A stretch of DNA of 64,000 nucleotides from an uncultured Acidobacteriota bacterium (GTDB lineage: Bacteria > Acidobacteriota > Blastocatellia > RBC074): contig CAWCKY010000002.1 in NCBI GenBank assembly GCA_963796275.1, positions 608,001 to 672,000 on the forward strand, in the 5' to 3' direction. Each line of letters begins with the position of its first letter. The first letter of the stretch is position 1. The position numbers were made by a program, and so were the translations under genes. This document shows positions 1 through 8,858 of this stretch, piece after piece. The notes under the pieces were generated by a model, which was given only the letters and a program-made list of their open reading frames with translations, searched no databases and was not told where the DNA came from.

Positions 1-1
1 A

Positions 2-823
2 ATCCTGGGACTGCTCGGCGCTAGCATCGCACTCCTGATCATCTCGGCGCGGCGCGCACGCCGTCTGGCCGAACAGCAAATGGATTTCGTAGCCGGCGTA
101 TCGCACGAGTTGCGCACTCCATTGGCGGTAATCGAATCGGCTGCCTATAACTTGGACAAAGGTGTCATCAGGGCTCCGCAACAGGTTCAGAACTACGGAG
201 CGTTGATTCGCAAAGAGACCGGGCGTCTTAAGGAGATGGTCGAACAGATACTGGAATTAGCGGGAGTGCAATCGGGGAGGCTGCAATATAATCTTCACGC
301 TGTCAGCATCAATCGAATTCTGGATGATGTGCTTTCATCATCGCAACCTCTATTGGCCGAAAGCTGCTTTCAGATCGAATGCGACATTGCATCTGAACTG
401 CCGCCAGTAATGGCCGATCGGACGGCTCTCGCACGGGCCATCCAGAACCTGATCAATAACGCGATGAAGTACAGCGGCGCAAGTAAGTGGATCGGATTGA
501 GTGCGAAGGCCGTTGAAACCGCAGACGGTCAATCGGTGCGGATAACAGTCGCCGATCACGGCATAGGTATTCCTGATGAGGAGCTTTCACAGATATTCGA
601 ACCTTTTTATCGCGGAAGCGCAGCCAGAGCCGCGCAAATCCACGGCAACGGTCTGGGGTTGAGCCTGATTAAAAATATCATCGCAGCGCATCGGGGCACT
701 ATTGACGTTAAGAGCTCGCCGGGCACGGGCAGCTCTTTCGTCATCAATCTGCCGGTGATGGCAGCGGCTCAGCTGAATAATAGTAGTGCACCAACCGTCT
801 CAAGCGAGTTATCGTATGAGTAA
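2..823 (+). CDS. Sensor histidine kinase, 5'-truncated by the window edge (HisKA + HATPase_c)
   Basis: Frame is open from position 2 (ILGLLGASIALLIISARR..., end of a TM helix). H-box SHELRTP, N-box NLINNAMKY, G1 DHGIGI, F-box IFEPFY, G2 GNGLGL. Confidence 0.95.
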   Translation: MLGLLGASIALLIISARRARRLAEQQMDFVAGVSHELRTPLAVIESAAYNLDKGVIRAPQQVQNYGALIRKETGRLKEMVEQILELAGVQSGRLQYNLHAVSINRILDDVLSSSQPLLAESCFQIECDIASELPPVMADRTALARAIQNLINNAMKYSGASKWIGLSAKAVETADGQSVRITVADHGIGIPDEELSQIFEPFYRGSAARAAQIHGNGLGLSLIKNIIAAHRGTIDVKSSPGTGSSFVINLPVMAAAQLNNSSAPTVSSELSYE

Positions 824-1502
824 GCGGATTTTGCTGGTCGAAGACGAGCAAGGGCTGGTGTTGACGTTGACCGACTTTCTGCGCAGCGAGGGTTATGCGG
901 TCGAGGCCGCAAACGATGGCGAAGCGGGATTTCGATGCGCAATGGAAGAAACGTTCGATTTACTCATCCTCGACGTTATGCTGCCGCGTAAAAACGGCTT
1001 CGACGTGCTGCGCGACCTGCGCCAGCGCGGGCTGCAGGTACCCGCCATAATGCTTACCGCGCGCGGCCAGATAGTGGACAGGATTCTCGGCCTGAAACTC
1101 GGCGCCGACGACTATCTGATCAAACCTTTCGACATGGGTGAATTACTCGCGCGGATCGAAGCTATCCTGCGGCGCTCGCCGGTAGTGAGTGCGAACGGGT
1201 CGGATGTTTATGTTTTCGGCGGTGTGCGCGTCGATTTTCGCCGCGCAGAGGTGACGCGGGCCAATCAGGTGGTCGAACTGGCAGCCCGGGAATACCACCT
1301 GCTTCGCTACTTCATTGAACACCGCGAGGCGACCATCACCCGCGATGAATTACTGAATGAAGTTTGGGGTTACGACTCAATGCCGGTGACGCGCACCGTT
1401 GACGTACATGTAGGTTTGTTACGTCAGAAACTCGAAACCAACCCACGCCATCCCCAGTATTTTCTTACCATCCATGGGCTCGGGTATAAATTCGTCGGTT
1501 GA
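816..1502 (+). CDS. OmpR/PhoB-family response regulator
   Basis: Receiver motifs LLVEDE, LDVMLP, GADDYLIKPF; C-terminal wHTH RTVDVHVGLLRQKLE..GLGYKF. ATG 816 overlaps the end of the kinase. Confidence 0.95.
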   Translation: MSKRILLVEDEQGLVLTLTDFLRSEGYAVEAANDGEAGFRCAMEETFDLLILDVMLPRKNGFDVLRDLRQRGLQVPAIMLTARGQIVDRILGLKLGADDYLIKPFDMGELLARIEAILRRSPVVSANGSDVYVFGGVRVDFRRAEVTRANQVVELAAREYHLLRYFIEHREATITRDELLNEVWGYDSMPVTRTVDVHVGLLRQKLETNPRHPQYFLTIHGLGYKFVG

Positions 1503-1532
1503 TGGGGGAATGAGATTCAACACACCAGTCGT

Positions 1533-2696
1533 TCACCGGTTAGACGCAGTAATTTCCGCTCCCCAATGTACCAGCCGCTTAACGCAGTGCGCCACCTGAT
1601 CAAGCGCCCCATCGCCTTCGAGCAGGACAGGGTGATGAAGAACCAGCATATTAGCATCAGCGCGAGTAGCTTCCGTTAGATCTCCTGCTTTGCGGAAACG
1701 GCGGGAAGATCGGCAGAGATGAAAGGCTCGGAAACCGCCGTTAAAATCTATCCCTTCAGCCCTGGCAGCCTGTACAAATCTTTCCCGAGAAAGCCCTCTG
1801 AATCCTTCCGGCTCGTATCGAAATCCGAGTTTATAATAACCGGGTGAAGTCGATGATATCCGGTTAGCCAATAAACGGAGCCCAGTTACGTCACTCAGTC
1901 GGTCTGCCAATTTTGTAACAGCAGTCTCTCGCTCTCGATTTCTCTCATCCAGTCTCTCCAATTGGGGAAGAAGGACCGTCGCCTGCAACTCCGAGAGCGG
2001 ATAGGCATGGTTACCGCGATTACAATAAACCTGAACACGCTGTTTGACTTCCGGAGACGAGGTCAGTAAAGCGCCCCCACGCCCGGCGGTGAGAAGTTTG
2101 CTTCCACCAAAACTGATAACACCGATATCACCCCAGGTACCGGCCCTGCGCCCTTCAATCAATGCTCCCGGCATCTGACAGGCATCTTCAATTACCGAAA
2201 GACCATGCGCACGAGCTATCGCGGTGACTCTCTCCATGGAAACCGCGCCACCGTGAAGATGAGAGACCAGGATGGCTCGAGTGCTCGGGCTGATGGCTTC
2301 GGCAAGGAGGTCCGGGTTGAGGTTCCAGTTCTGCGGATCGAGATCGATCAATACCGGCCGTGCGCCGACCGCGACTATATCATTGAAATTCCCGATAAAA
2401 TCATAGCCCGCCAGAATAACCTCATCGCCCGGCCCGATCTGCAGAGAGCGCAGCGCCAATTCGATAGCAAAGGTTCCGCTGCAGCAAAGTTCCACAAATT
2501 CGATCTCGTGATATGAAGCCAGTATATCCGCCAGCAGGCGACTATTAGGCCCGTGATAAAGTCCCCACGTACCGTCGATGATTGCACGTTCGATGGCGAG
2601 CGACACCTCTTTCGACGCGGGCGGCCACAATGGCGGGCCTTCTGGGCGAATAGATTCTCCACCAAGTATCGCGGGCAGTTCTGTTTTATCCGTCAT
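1533..2696 (-). CDS. DegT/DnrJ/EryC1/StrS-family PLP-dependent aminotransferase
   Basis: SGTFAIELAL, EDACQ, SFGGSK (PLP lysine), AGRGG; N-terminal LPAILGG resembles the AHBA-synthase/BtrR-like subgroup. Start taken at MTDK (ORF track starts at 2711). Confidence 0.9.
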   Translation of the reverse strand: MTDKTELPAILGGESIRPEGPPLWPPASKEVSLAIERAIIDGTWGLYHGPNSRLLADILASYHEIEFVELCCSGTFAIELALRSLQIGPGDEVILAGYDFIGNFNDIVAVGARPVLIDLDPQNWNLNPDLLAEAISPSTRAILVSHLHGGAVSMERVTAIARAHGLSVIEDACQMPGALIEGRRAGTWGDIGVISFGGSKLLTAGRGGALLTSSPEVKQRVQVYCNRGNHAYPLSELQATVLLPQLERLDERNRERETAVTKLADRLSDVTGLRLLANRISSTSPGYYKLGFRYEPEGFRGLSRERFVQAARAEGIDFNGGFRAFHLCRSSRRFRKAGDLTEATRADANMLVLHHPVLLEGDGALDQVAHCVKRLVHWGAEITASNR

Positions 2697-2838
2697 AATC
2701 CGTCGTCGCATTCGGGCCAGTCCACGGTGAATCGATGCTAACTCCCAAACTTAACCTAGAAAATCTTGTCAACCGGCCACTCTTGTTTCATCATTCCCAA
2801 AATTATTCACTTTATGATCAGATGGATTGGGACATTTT

Positions 2839-3933
2839 ATGAACAAAATTCGTTTTTTGATGATAGGTGGTTTTCTGGGAGCCGGCAAGACTACTACTCT
2901 CGGCCGTTTAGCCAGGGATTATATGAATAAAGGGCTGCAGGTCGGCATCGTGACGAACGATCAGGCTACGGACCTGGTGGATACTCAGAATCTCCGCCGT
3001 CAGGGATTCGATGTCGAGGAGGTGCCGGGAGCCTGCTTCTGCTGCCGCTTCGATGATCTCATCTCGACGATCGGCCGGTTGAGCCAGAATCAAACGCCCG
3101 ACGTGATCCTGGCGGAACCGGTGGGAAGCTGCACCGATCTGGTGGCCACGGTTGTACAGCCGCTCAAACAGTTATATCCCGACCGTTTTCGGATCGCGCC
3201 GTACTCGGTGATCTTGAAGCCCAGCCACGGCCGTCGAATCCTCCGCAATGAAGCGGAGGCGGGGTTCTCTCCGAAAGCGGCCTATATTTTTCGAAAACAG
3301 CTCGAAGAAGCCGATGCCATTCTTCTTAATCGCATCGACGAATTGACTTCCGCAGAAGCCGATGAATTGACGACTCTGGTAAAAGAGGTCAATGCCGATG
3401 TTCCGGTCCTGCGCATCTCCGCGAAGACCGGTCAGGGTCTCGACGCACTGGAAGAGTTATTAGCTCAGGATGGGAACTTCGGCCGCCGCATCCTCGATCT
3501 CGATTATGATATTTATGCCGCCGGTGAGGCCGAATTGGGATGGCTGAACAGCAGCTTGAAATTCTCGAGCCCCCGTGAATTCGAACTCGACGAATTGCTC
3601 CTCGAAATCGTCCGCTCTCTGCGCGACCGTCTCGGCTCGCAGGGGTATGAGACGGCTCATCTGAAGGTCATCGGATTGTGGGAGGGATTTTTCGGTGTCG
3701 CCAATCTGGTGAGTAGCGACAGCAATCCTGAGCTCTCGCTTCCATCGCACAGCCGCGTTCGTGAAGTTGATCTGATCGTCAATGCCAGAGTCGCGACCGA
3801 TCCGGGCATTCTGGAGCGCTTCGTAAGTGAAACGGCACTTAAGCTGGGAGAAGCAAGAGAAGCTCAGGTGCAATTTCACCAGACACAAAGCTTCCGCCCA
3901 GGCCGGCCTGTTCCGACTCATCGGTTTTCTTGA
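2839..3933 (+). CDS. CobW/HypB/UreG (G3E) P-loop GTPase, putative metallochaperone
   Basis: Walker A GFLGAGKT, metal motif GACFCC, Walker B-like LAEPVG, G4 variant NRID, G5 ISAKTG. Confidence 0.9.
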   Translation: MNKIRFLMIGGFLGAGKTTTLGRLARDYMNKGLQVGIVTNDQATDLVDTQNLRRQGFDVEEVPGACFCCRFDDLISTIGRLSQNQTPDVILAEPVGSCTDLVATVVQPLKQLYPDRFRIAPYSVILKPSHGRRILRNEAEAGFSPKAAYIFRKQLEEADAILLNRIDELTSAEADELTTLVKEVNADVPVLRISAKTGQGLDALEELLAQDGNFGRRILDLDYDIYAAGEAELGWLNSSLKFSSPREFELDELLLEIVRSLRDRLGSQGYETAHLKVIGLWEGFFGVANLVSSDSNPELSLPSHSRVREVDLIVNARVATDPGILERFVSETALKLGEAREAQVQFHQTQSFRPGRPVPTHRFS

Positions 3934-3944
3934 TCGTTGGTTCG

Positions 3945-4890
3945 TTATTTTGACGTCAATAGTGCGAGAGACCCCAGGCCGTAAAAGGTGTATTCAGGGA
4001 TCTGTTTCGCCGTCCCAGACAGCACCTCTAAACCCGCCATCATCGAGCTCAAGTTGGCTGACAAATCGCCGGCTTGCGTCCGCATCGATGCTGTGGGTCA
4101 AGTTCAGATGTTGAGCAGTCAGAATACCGGTGAAGGTTGACAGCAGATCGCAAACTGGAATTTGCGTGTTCGCGCGAAAACCACCTTCATCTCCTTTTAC
4201 CTTTGCCAGATAATCCTCAATCCCCTGCAGAATATCCGTCTCAATCGCCTGAAATCGTTTGAGCAGAACTGCGGCGGCGGCAGTGGGGTTCGTGCCGCTG
4301 CGCTTCATCGGGCCGATCTCCACGAATCCTCCGTCATCCCGCCGTCTGGATAAGAGGAACTGTACGATCAGATTCACAGCGGGCGGCGTTCTTCCAAGCA
4401 TTTCATAGCAAAGCACGGCCAGAAATGTGTGATAGGTGCTGCTAGAGCCTCCCTCGTGTGTCCTGGCATATCCGCCATCCGAACGACGGAACGTCTCCAA
4501 CGCCGTAGACAGCTCAGAGATCAATACATCGGCATCGTTCGCAAAGGAGGACGTATTCCCCGTCAGTTGGACGGTGATAAATGAATAGAACCAGCTCACG
4601 AGATCGATCAAGCTATATTGCTGTTTCGCGGCGACTGTCTTCAGGTAATGCTCGACCTGTTGGGAGCGCAAGCCATTCAGCGCATTCAGGAGTGCCAGCC
4701 CGCGCACGGCGAAACTGGTGTAGTAGAGATCGGATCCACCGCTACGACCCGCAAAGCCGCCATCAGGCCGCTGGAAGTTTAGGATAAGTTTGATGTGCCG
4801 CGCGGTACGCTCAGCATCAAGGTCCTTCAATCCTGCTGCCAGCAGTCTGGTCAAGTCGAGAAGGAAACTGTTTTGTGGTTCGCCGATCAT
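3945..4890 (-). CDS. Prenyltransferase/squalene-oxidase repeat (alpha-alpha barrel) protein, GGTase-beta-like; +1 frameshift near the 3' end
   Basis: Repeated DGG(F/Y) motifs (QRPDGGFAG, RSDGGY, DDGGFVE, DEGGFRA, DDGGFRG) each followed by DxxxT-type segments. Removing one G from GGG at 3997-3999 restores ...DPEYTFYGLGSLALLTSK* ending at 3945. Confidence 0.82.
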
Positions 4891-4997
4891 TTGGATTCGA
4901 AGGCATGGCCAGAGAGGCGCGGAGAGAGAAAGAATCGCTTCAAATAGCTATCTTCCTCTCCCCTTCCGTTTCTCTGTGCTTCTGTCGCAGTTTTCAC

Positions 4998-6833
4998 CTA
5001 ATTGAGCACATTGAGCGCAACGAGGTCTCGGGCTATCTCGGGCTCGGTAGATTCATCTGCGAGCGCGGTGTCGACCAGGAAATAAAGTAATTCGCGAAGC
5101 TCATCGGGTTCTACTTCATCGGCGATCGCCTCGGCTCTCTGGCGATATTTCTCAATCAGCGTTCTGGCTTTTTCGAAAACCCGGCATGATTCATAGATGC
5201 GGGCTACTCTGCCAGCGCTCCGCTCATCACGTGAACCGGTCGATATCAGGCCTATGAGCTCTTCTCTTTGCGCTGGCGATGCAGCTTCGAGCGCCAGGGC
5301 AAGCAGGAGCGTCGGACGCATTGCCATGACATCCTGTCCGACGATGCGCTTGTTTTGAAGATCGGTCGACCAGTCCTTGAGATCGTTGATGATCTGAAAC
5401 GCAACTCCGAGATTGCGTGAGAAGTTGGTCACCATCTCCTCGTATTTCTCTACCGGACCAGCCAGGCGCAGACCGGCATATAATGCCGCTTCGAAGGCGG
5501 GCGCTGTCTTGAGGGCATAAATTTTGAGAGCCTCGATGGGCTGAATACTTATCTCTTTCTCCTTATTATCACGCCAGAGGAGTTCGGCGCCTTGCCCTTC
5601 CGCAAGCTTCACGTGCGCCTCTGAGAGACGCTGCAGAATTGCAGCTACGGCTTCGCAGGGCAGATCGCCGCCGGCATTGGCTATTAACCGGTAACCCAAT
5701 CCGAGCAAGTAGTCGCCGGTATTGATGGCGGTGGAAACCCCATAGCGCCGGTGGAGCGTTTGATGGCCGTAGCGATACGCGTCATCATCCTCAATATCGT
5801 CATGCACGAGCGAAGCCTTATGAAATGCCTCCATCGCCATCGCTACGCGACGCACAGAATCGGGAACTTCCTCGACTTTCCGATCATCGCCTGACTCGTC
5901 CGGTCGCGCCGACGGCGCGCCCCGTAGAGCATCATAAGCAGCCAGAGTAATAAATGGACGGAATCGTTTTCCGCCTTTGACCAGCCAGTCGTAGGCGATT
6001 GCCTCGGTGCCAGCTACGGGATCGGCGGCATAGACAGATCCGCCGCCCTGCGATTTACTGCTGCGCAACCTCGGCAGTAGAGCCGGGAAATCTTCGCCGA
6101 ACATGTCGTTGGCGGCACGCAGCAGGGGGACGTAGGTCCTCGTTTTGACCGCAGGCTTCTCCTGATAGGTCTCCAAAACTTCCAGGACCCAATCATTATC
6201 AACTGTGGTGCTCTTGCAGTTGCTCGAATGTAAGGGGATCGCGTAAGCGGGGACACCGCTCTGAACAACCTTCTCGAAAGCTTTTTCGAGGACATTGAGA
6301 CAGGCCACTCCGAGAATGCCATCGATGTATCCGCTGACGATAACCTTGAGCACGATCGGCGTCCCTTCCGCGACCATGATCTTGTAGCCGAGCTTCTCGG
6401 CCTTGATTTTGAAATCGCCGATAGCGCAGGCGCCGCAATCCTCGCAGTGGAGGCCTAACTCGTCGTAGTGAGCGCTACAGGCCTCTACATGCTTGAGGCA
6501 ATGTGGTAAGAGAAAAATTCGTTTATTGAAGGGGATCGAGATGAACTGCTCCTTCCAGAAACCATTGCCGAGCATCACCATAGCGAAACCCAGATATCCT
6601 TGGTCTAGGCCCATTTTCTCAAGCAGGGCTTGCCCGTGAGCCTCCAGTTCTTTTTTGCTCAGCGGGCGGCTGCGATCGATGTCGCGCACGTAATGGAATG
6701 CCTCTGCTCTTATTCTCTCCCTGAGGTCAGGAGTCTCAGGATTCAGTTTGAGCAGTTTGCTCCCGAGCTTCGGCTTTGCCGGTGAATCCGGTTTGACAGC
6801 GACATCCAAGGTTCCTGAAATGAGATCAGACAT
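4998..6833 (-). CDS. DUF116 (Cys-rich) domain fused to trans-polyprenyl diphosphate synthase
   Basis: N-half LPHCL..C..CEDCGAC..GVAC..C (DUF116-like). C-half GGKRFRP, FARM HDDIED, GDYLL, EGQ, KTA, SARM variant FQIINDLKD. Confidence 0.88.
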   Translation of the reverse strand: MSDLISGTLDVAVKPDSPAKPKLGSKLLKLNPETPDLRERIRAEAFHYVRDIDRSRPLSKKELEAHGQALLEKMGLDQGYLGFAMVMLGNGFWKEQFISIPFNKRIFLLPHCLKHVEACSAHYDELGLHCEDCGACAIGDFKIKAEKLGYKIMVAEGTPIVLKVIVSGYIDGILGVACLNVLEKAFEKVVQSGVPAYAIPLHSSNCKSTTVDNDWVLEVLETYQEKPAVKTRTYVPLLRAANDMFGEDFPALLPRLRSSKSQGGGSVYAADPVAGTEAIAYDWLVKGGKRFRPFITLAAYDALRGAPSARPDESGDDRKVEEVPDSVRRVAMAMEAFHKASLVHDDIEDDDAYRYGHQTLHRRYGVSTAINTGDYLLGLGYRLIANAGGDLPCEAVAAILQRLSEAHVKLAEGQGAELLWRDNKEKEISIQPIEALKIYALKTAPAFEAALYAGLRLAGPVEKYEEMVTNFSRNLGVAFQIINDLKDWSTDLQNKRIVGQDVMAMRPTLLLALALEAASPAQREELIGLISTGSRDERSAGRVARIYESCRVFEKARTLIEKYRQRAEAIADEVEPDELRELLYFLVDTALADESTEPEIARDLVALNVLN

Positions 6834-6959
6834 AGAGTTCTCCTACAGATCAGATAGTACACCGCCGGATTTACTTTTAGGTATCGAACCCGAGCCTCGC
6901 GGCCGACTGGCGAAGACCCGAGATGAGCCCACAAGTAATTACGGCGAACGGTAATTAGT

Positions 6960-8840
6960 TTAAGTACGAGCCCGCGCATCACTTGAAACAAATGCGAATG
7001 CGCGTCCCAATGCGCCGACCGTGAAGATCAAAGGGTAGAGCCGTTCAAAGTACCAGAGGTTGGCGAAATAGAATCCAATCGGAGAGGCATTCAGGAAACC
7101 TCCATCCTCCACGCGCTCGACCAGCCAGCGAATACCGCGGGCGAGGGCTTCATTCGCACCGGCAACCTCTCCGCAATCTATCAGCGCATCGATCGCTAGT
7201 GCCGTCTCCTCGACGCTCGAAGGAACGCCCGGGTTACCGCCCCAGCCGCCATCCTCGCATTGGCAGGCAATCAACCATCGGTAGCCTCGCCGGGCCGGCT
7301 CGCCGTCATTCAACCCCAAATCGCGATATGCGGCCAGCACGCGGGCGGTTCCATAAACCGGGTTTTCATCATCCGGAGCGTGTTGATTGCCGAACCAGAG
7401 CGGAAGCCAGGACCCATCCTGCCGTTGAATTCCCTCGAGAAACCGAAACCCGAGCCGACTGGCGCGTTGGAGCTTCCGGGGAAGCTCCCGCAAATTTTCC
7501 CCCACTTCTCTGCCCTTTGCTCCCGCAGCTGAGCTGTGCGCCACATCCTTCCAGGCATTGAGCGCGCGCAATGCATGCGCTGTGATGTCTGCACTGCTGC
7601 GGTCAAAGGGGAGATGCCCCCAGCCGCGGCAAAACGTGGGCCAACCACCGTCGCGGTTTTGCAGGTTCAGCAGCCACTCGAGGCCGGCTATCGCAGCATC
7701 TGTCGACTCCGCCGTCGCGCCCAGATTTCGCAATGCGATCAACGCCCCAGCCGTATCATCCGCGTCGGGTACGGCGCCAGGAAGCGGCGTCCAACCCCAT
7801 CCTCCCGGCGCAGCAGCTGTGAATGGGTGGATCGAACGGTATTGCTGATCGAGCATCCACTGGCGCAGTGGACCCGCGAATTGATCGAAGCGCTCGCCGG
7901 CTTCGCAAAGTGCGTTGATCGACAGGGTAGTCACCCACGTCGAGAGATTCGTATCGATGGGCCAGCTTCCATCGGGCCGGACCGCCTGCACCAGAAAATC
8001 GATCCCCTTCTGAGCCACCGGATGTGTGGCCAGCCCGGCGCCCGCCAGACTCATCGTGACAAAGCTCACCAGCGGGGTAGCTTCAAGAAATCCGCCGTTG
8101 GCGGGTTGAATTGCCTCGAGCTTCCGCAGCGCACCCGGAATCGCAGTCTGCCGAATTGCGCGAAGAACCGGGTTGCGCGACCCGCGCCGTGAGAATTGAA
8201 CGATTCCCAGTGCGATGAGGGCGGGCAATGCATAGCTCACCACCGGCAGGTTGATCCATTTGTAGGCAGAAGCAGGAAGACAGGCCAGTTCGAAAGGAAG
8301 CGGAGGCGCTTCACTCCATTCGATCAACCCTGCCAATGCGCAACAAGACAATATAGGGACAGAAAATGTGCGATCCTGGCCGTACCGCGCGCGAACTGCC
8401 CGTGCCAGCGTTTGCGGGTCGCGCCCGCCCGCGATGCCTTCCAGATAACGTTCCGCCCGCCGCAAACTTTCATCAATTTGCTCTGATGAATCAAAATTCT
8501 CTTTCCCCAGCGTCATTGCTGCGCGGCAGAGCATGGTAGTTGAAATATTCGAGAAACTTCTGATCGTGTCGCCCCAACCGCCGTCGCCATTCTGATGATC
8601 CAGCAGCCAACGAACGCCTCCGGTAATGAGCGCCGAAAAGCGATTTCGATCGATGAGAGCCAGAGCGCAGACCGCCGTCGCGGTAGAAAGTGAAGAACTC
8701 GATAGTTCACCGGTCCAGAACCCTTCGGGACTGCGCTCAGCAAGCAAACAGGATCGGGCCTTGAAATAGGCCGCTGTGAACCGCTCCGGTTCGATTAGCG
8801 ATTCGCTCACGGAGATTGATCTTTTCGCGCTTGGAGTCAT
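6960..8840 (-). CDS. Squalene-hopene-cyclase-like class II terpene cyclase
   Basis: Catalytic DxDD in PDADDTA; QW repeats QNGDGGWG, PDGSW, QNRDGGW, QRQDGSW, QCEDGGWG; about 630 aa. Alternative start 8852. Confidence 0.9.
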   Translation of the reverse strand: MTPSAKRSISVSESLIEPERFTAAYFKARSCLLAERSPEGFWTGELSSSSLSTATAVCALALIDRNRFSALITGGVRWLLDHQNGDGGWGDTIRSFSNISTTMLCRAAMTLGKENFDSSEQIDESLRRAERYLEGIAGGRDPQTLARAVRARYGQDRTFSVPILSCCALAGLIEWSEAPPLPFELACLPASAYKWINLPVVSYALPALIALGIVQFSRRGSRNPVLRAIRQTAIPGALRKLEAIQPANGGFLEATPLVSFVTMSLAGAGLATHPVAQKGIDFLVQAVRPDGSWPIDTNLSTWVTTLSINALCEAGERFDQFAGPLRQWMLDQQYRSIHPFTAAAPGGWGWTPLPGAVPDADDTAGALIALRNLGATAESTDAAIAGLEWLLNLQNRDGGWPTFCRGWGHLPFDRSSADITAHALRALNAWKDVAHSSAAGAKGREVGENLRELPRKLQRASRLGFRFLEGIQRQDGSWLPLWFGNQHAPDDENPVYGTARVLAAYRDLGLNDGEPARRGYRWLIACQCEDGGWGGNPGVPSSVEETALAIDALIDCGEVAGANEALARGIRWLVERVEDGGFLNASPIGFYFANLWYFERLYPLIFTVGALGRAFAFVSSDARART

Positions 8841-8858
8841 CTTGATAACCAAAAATGT

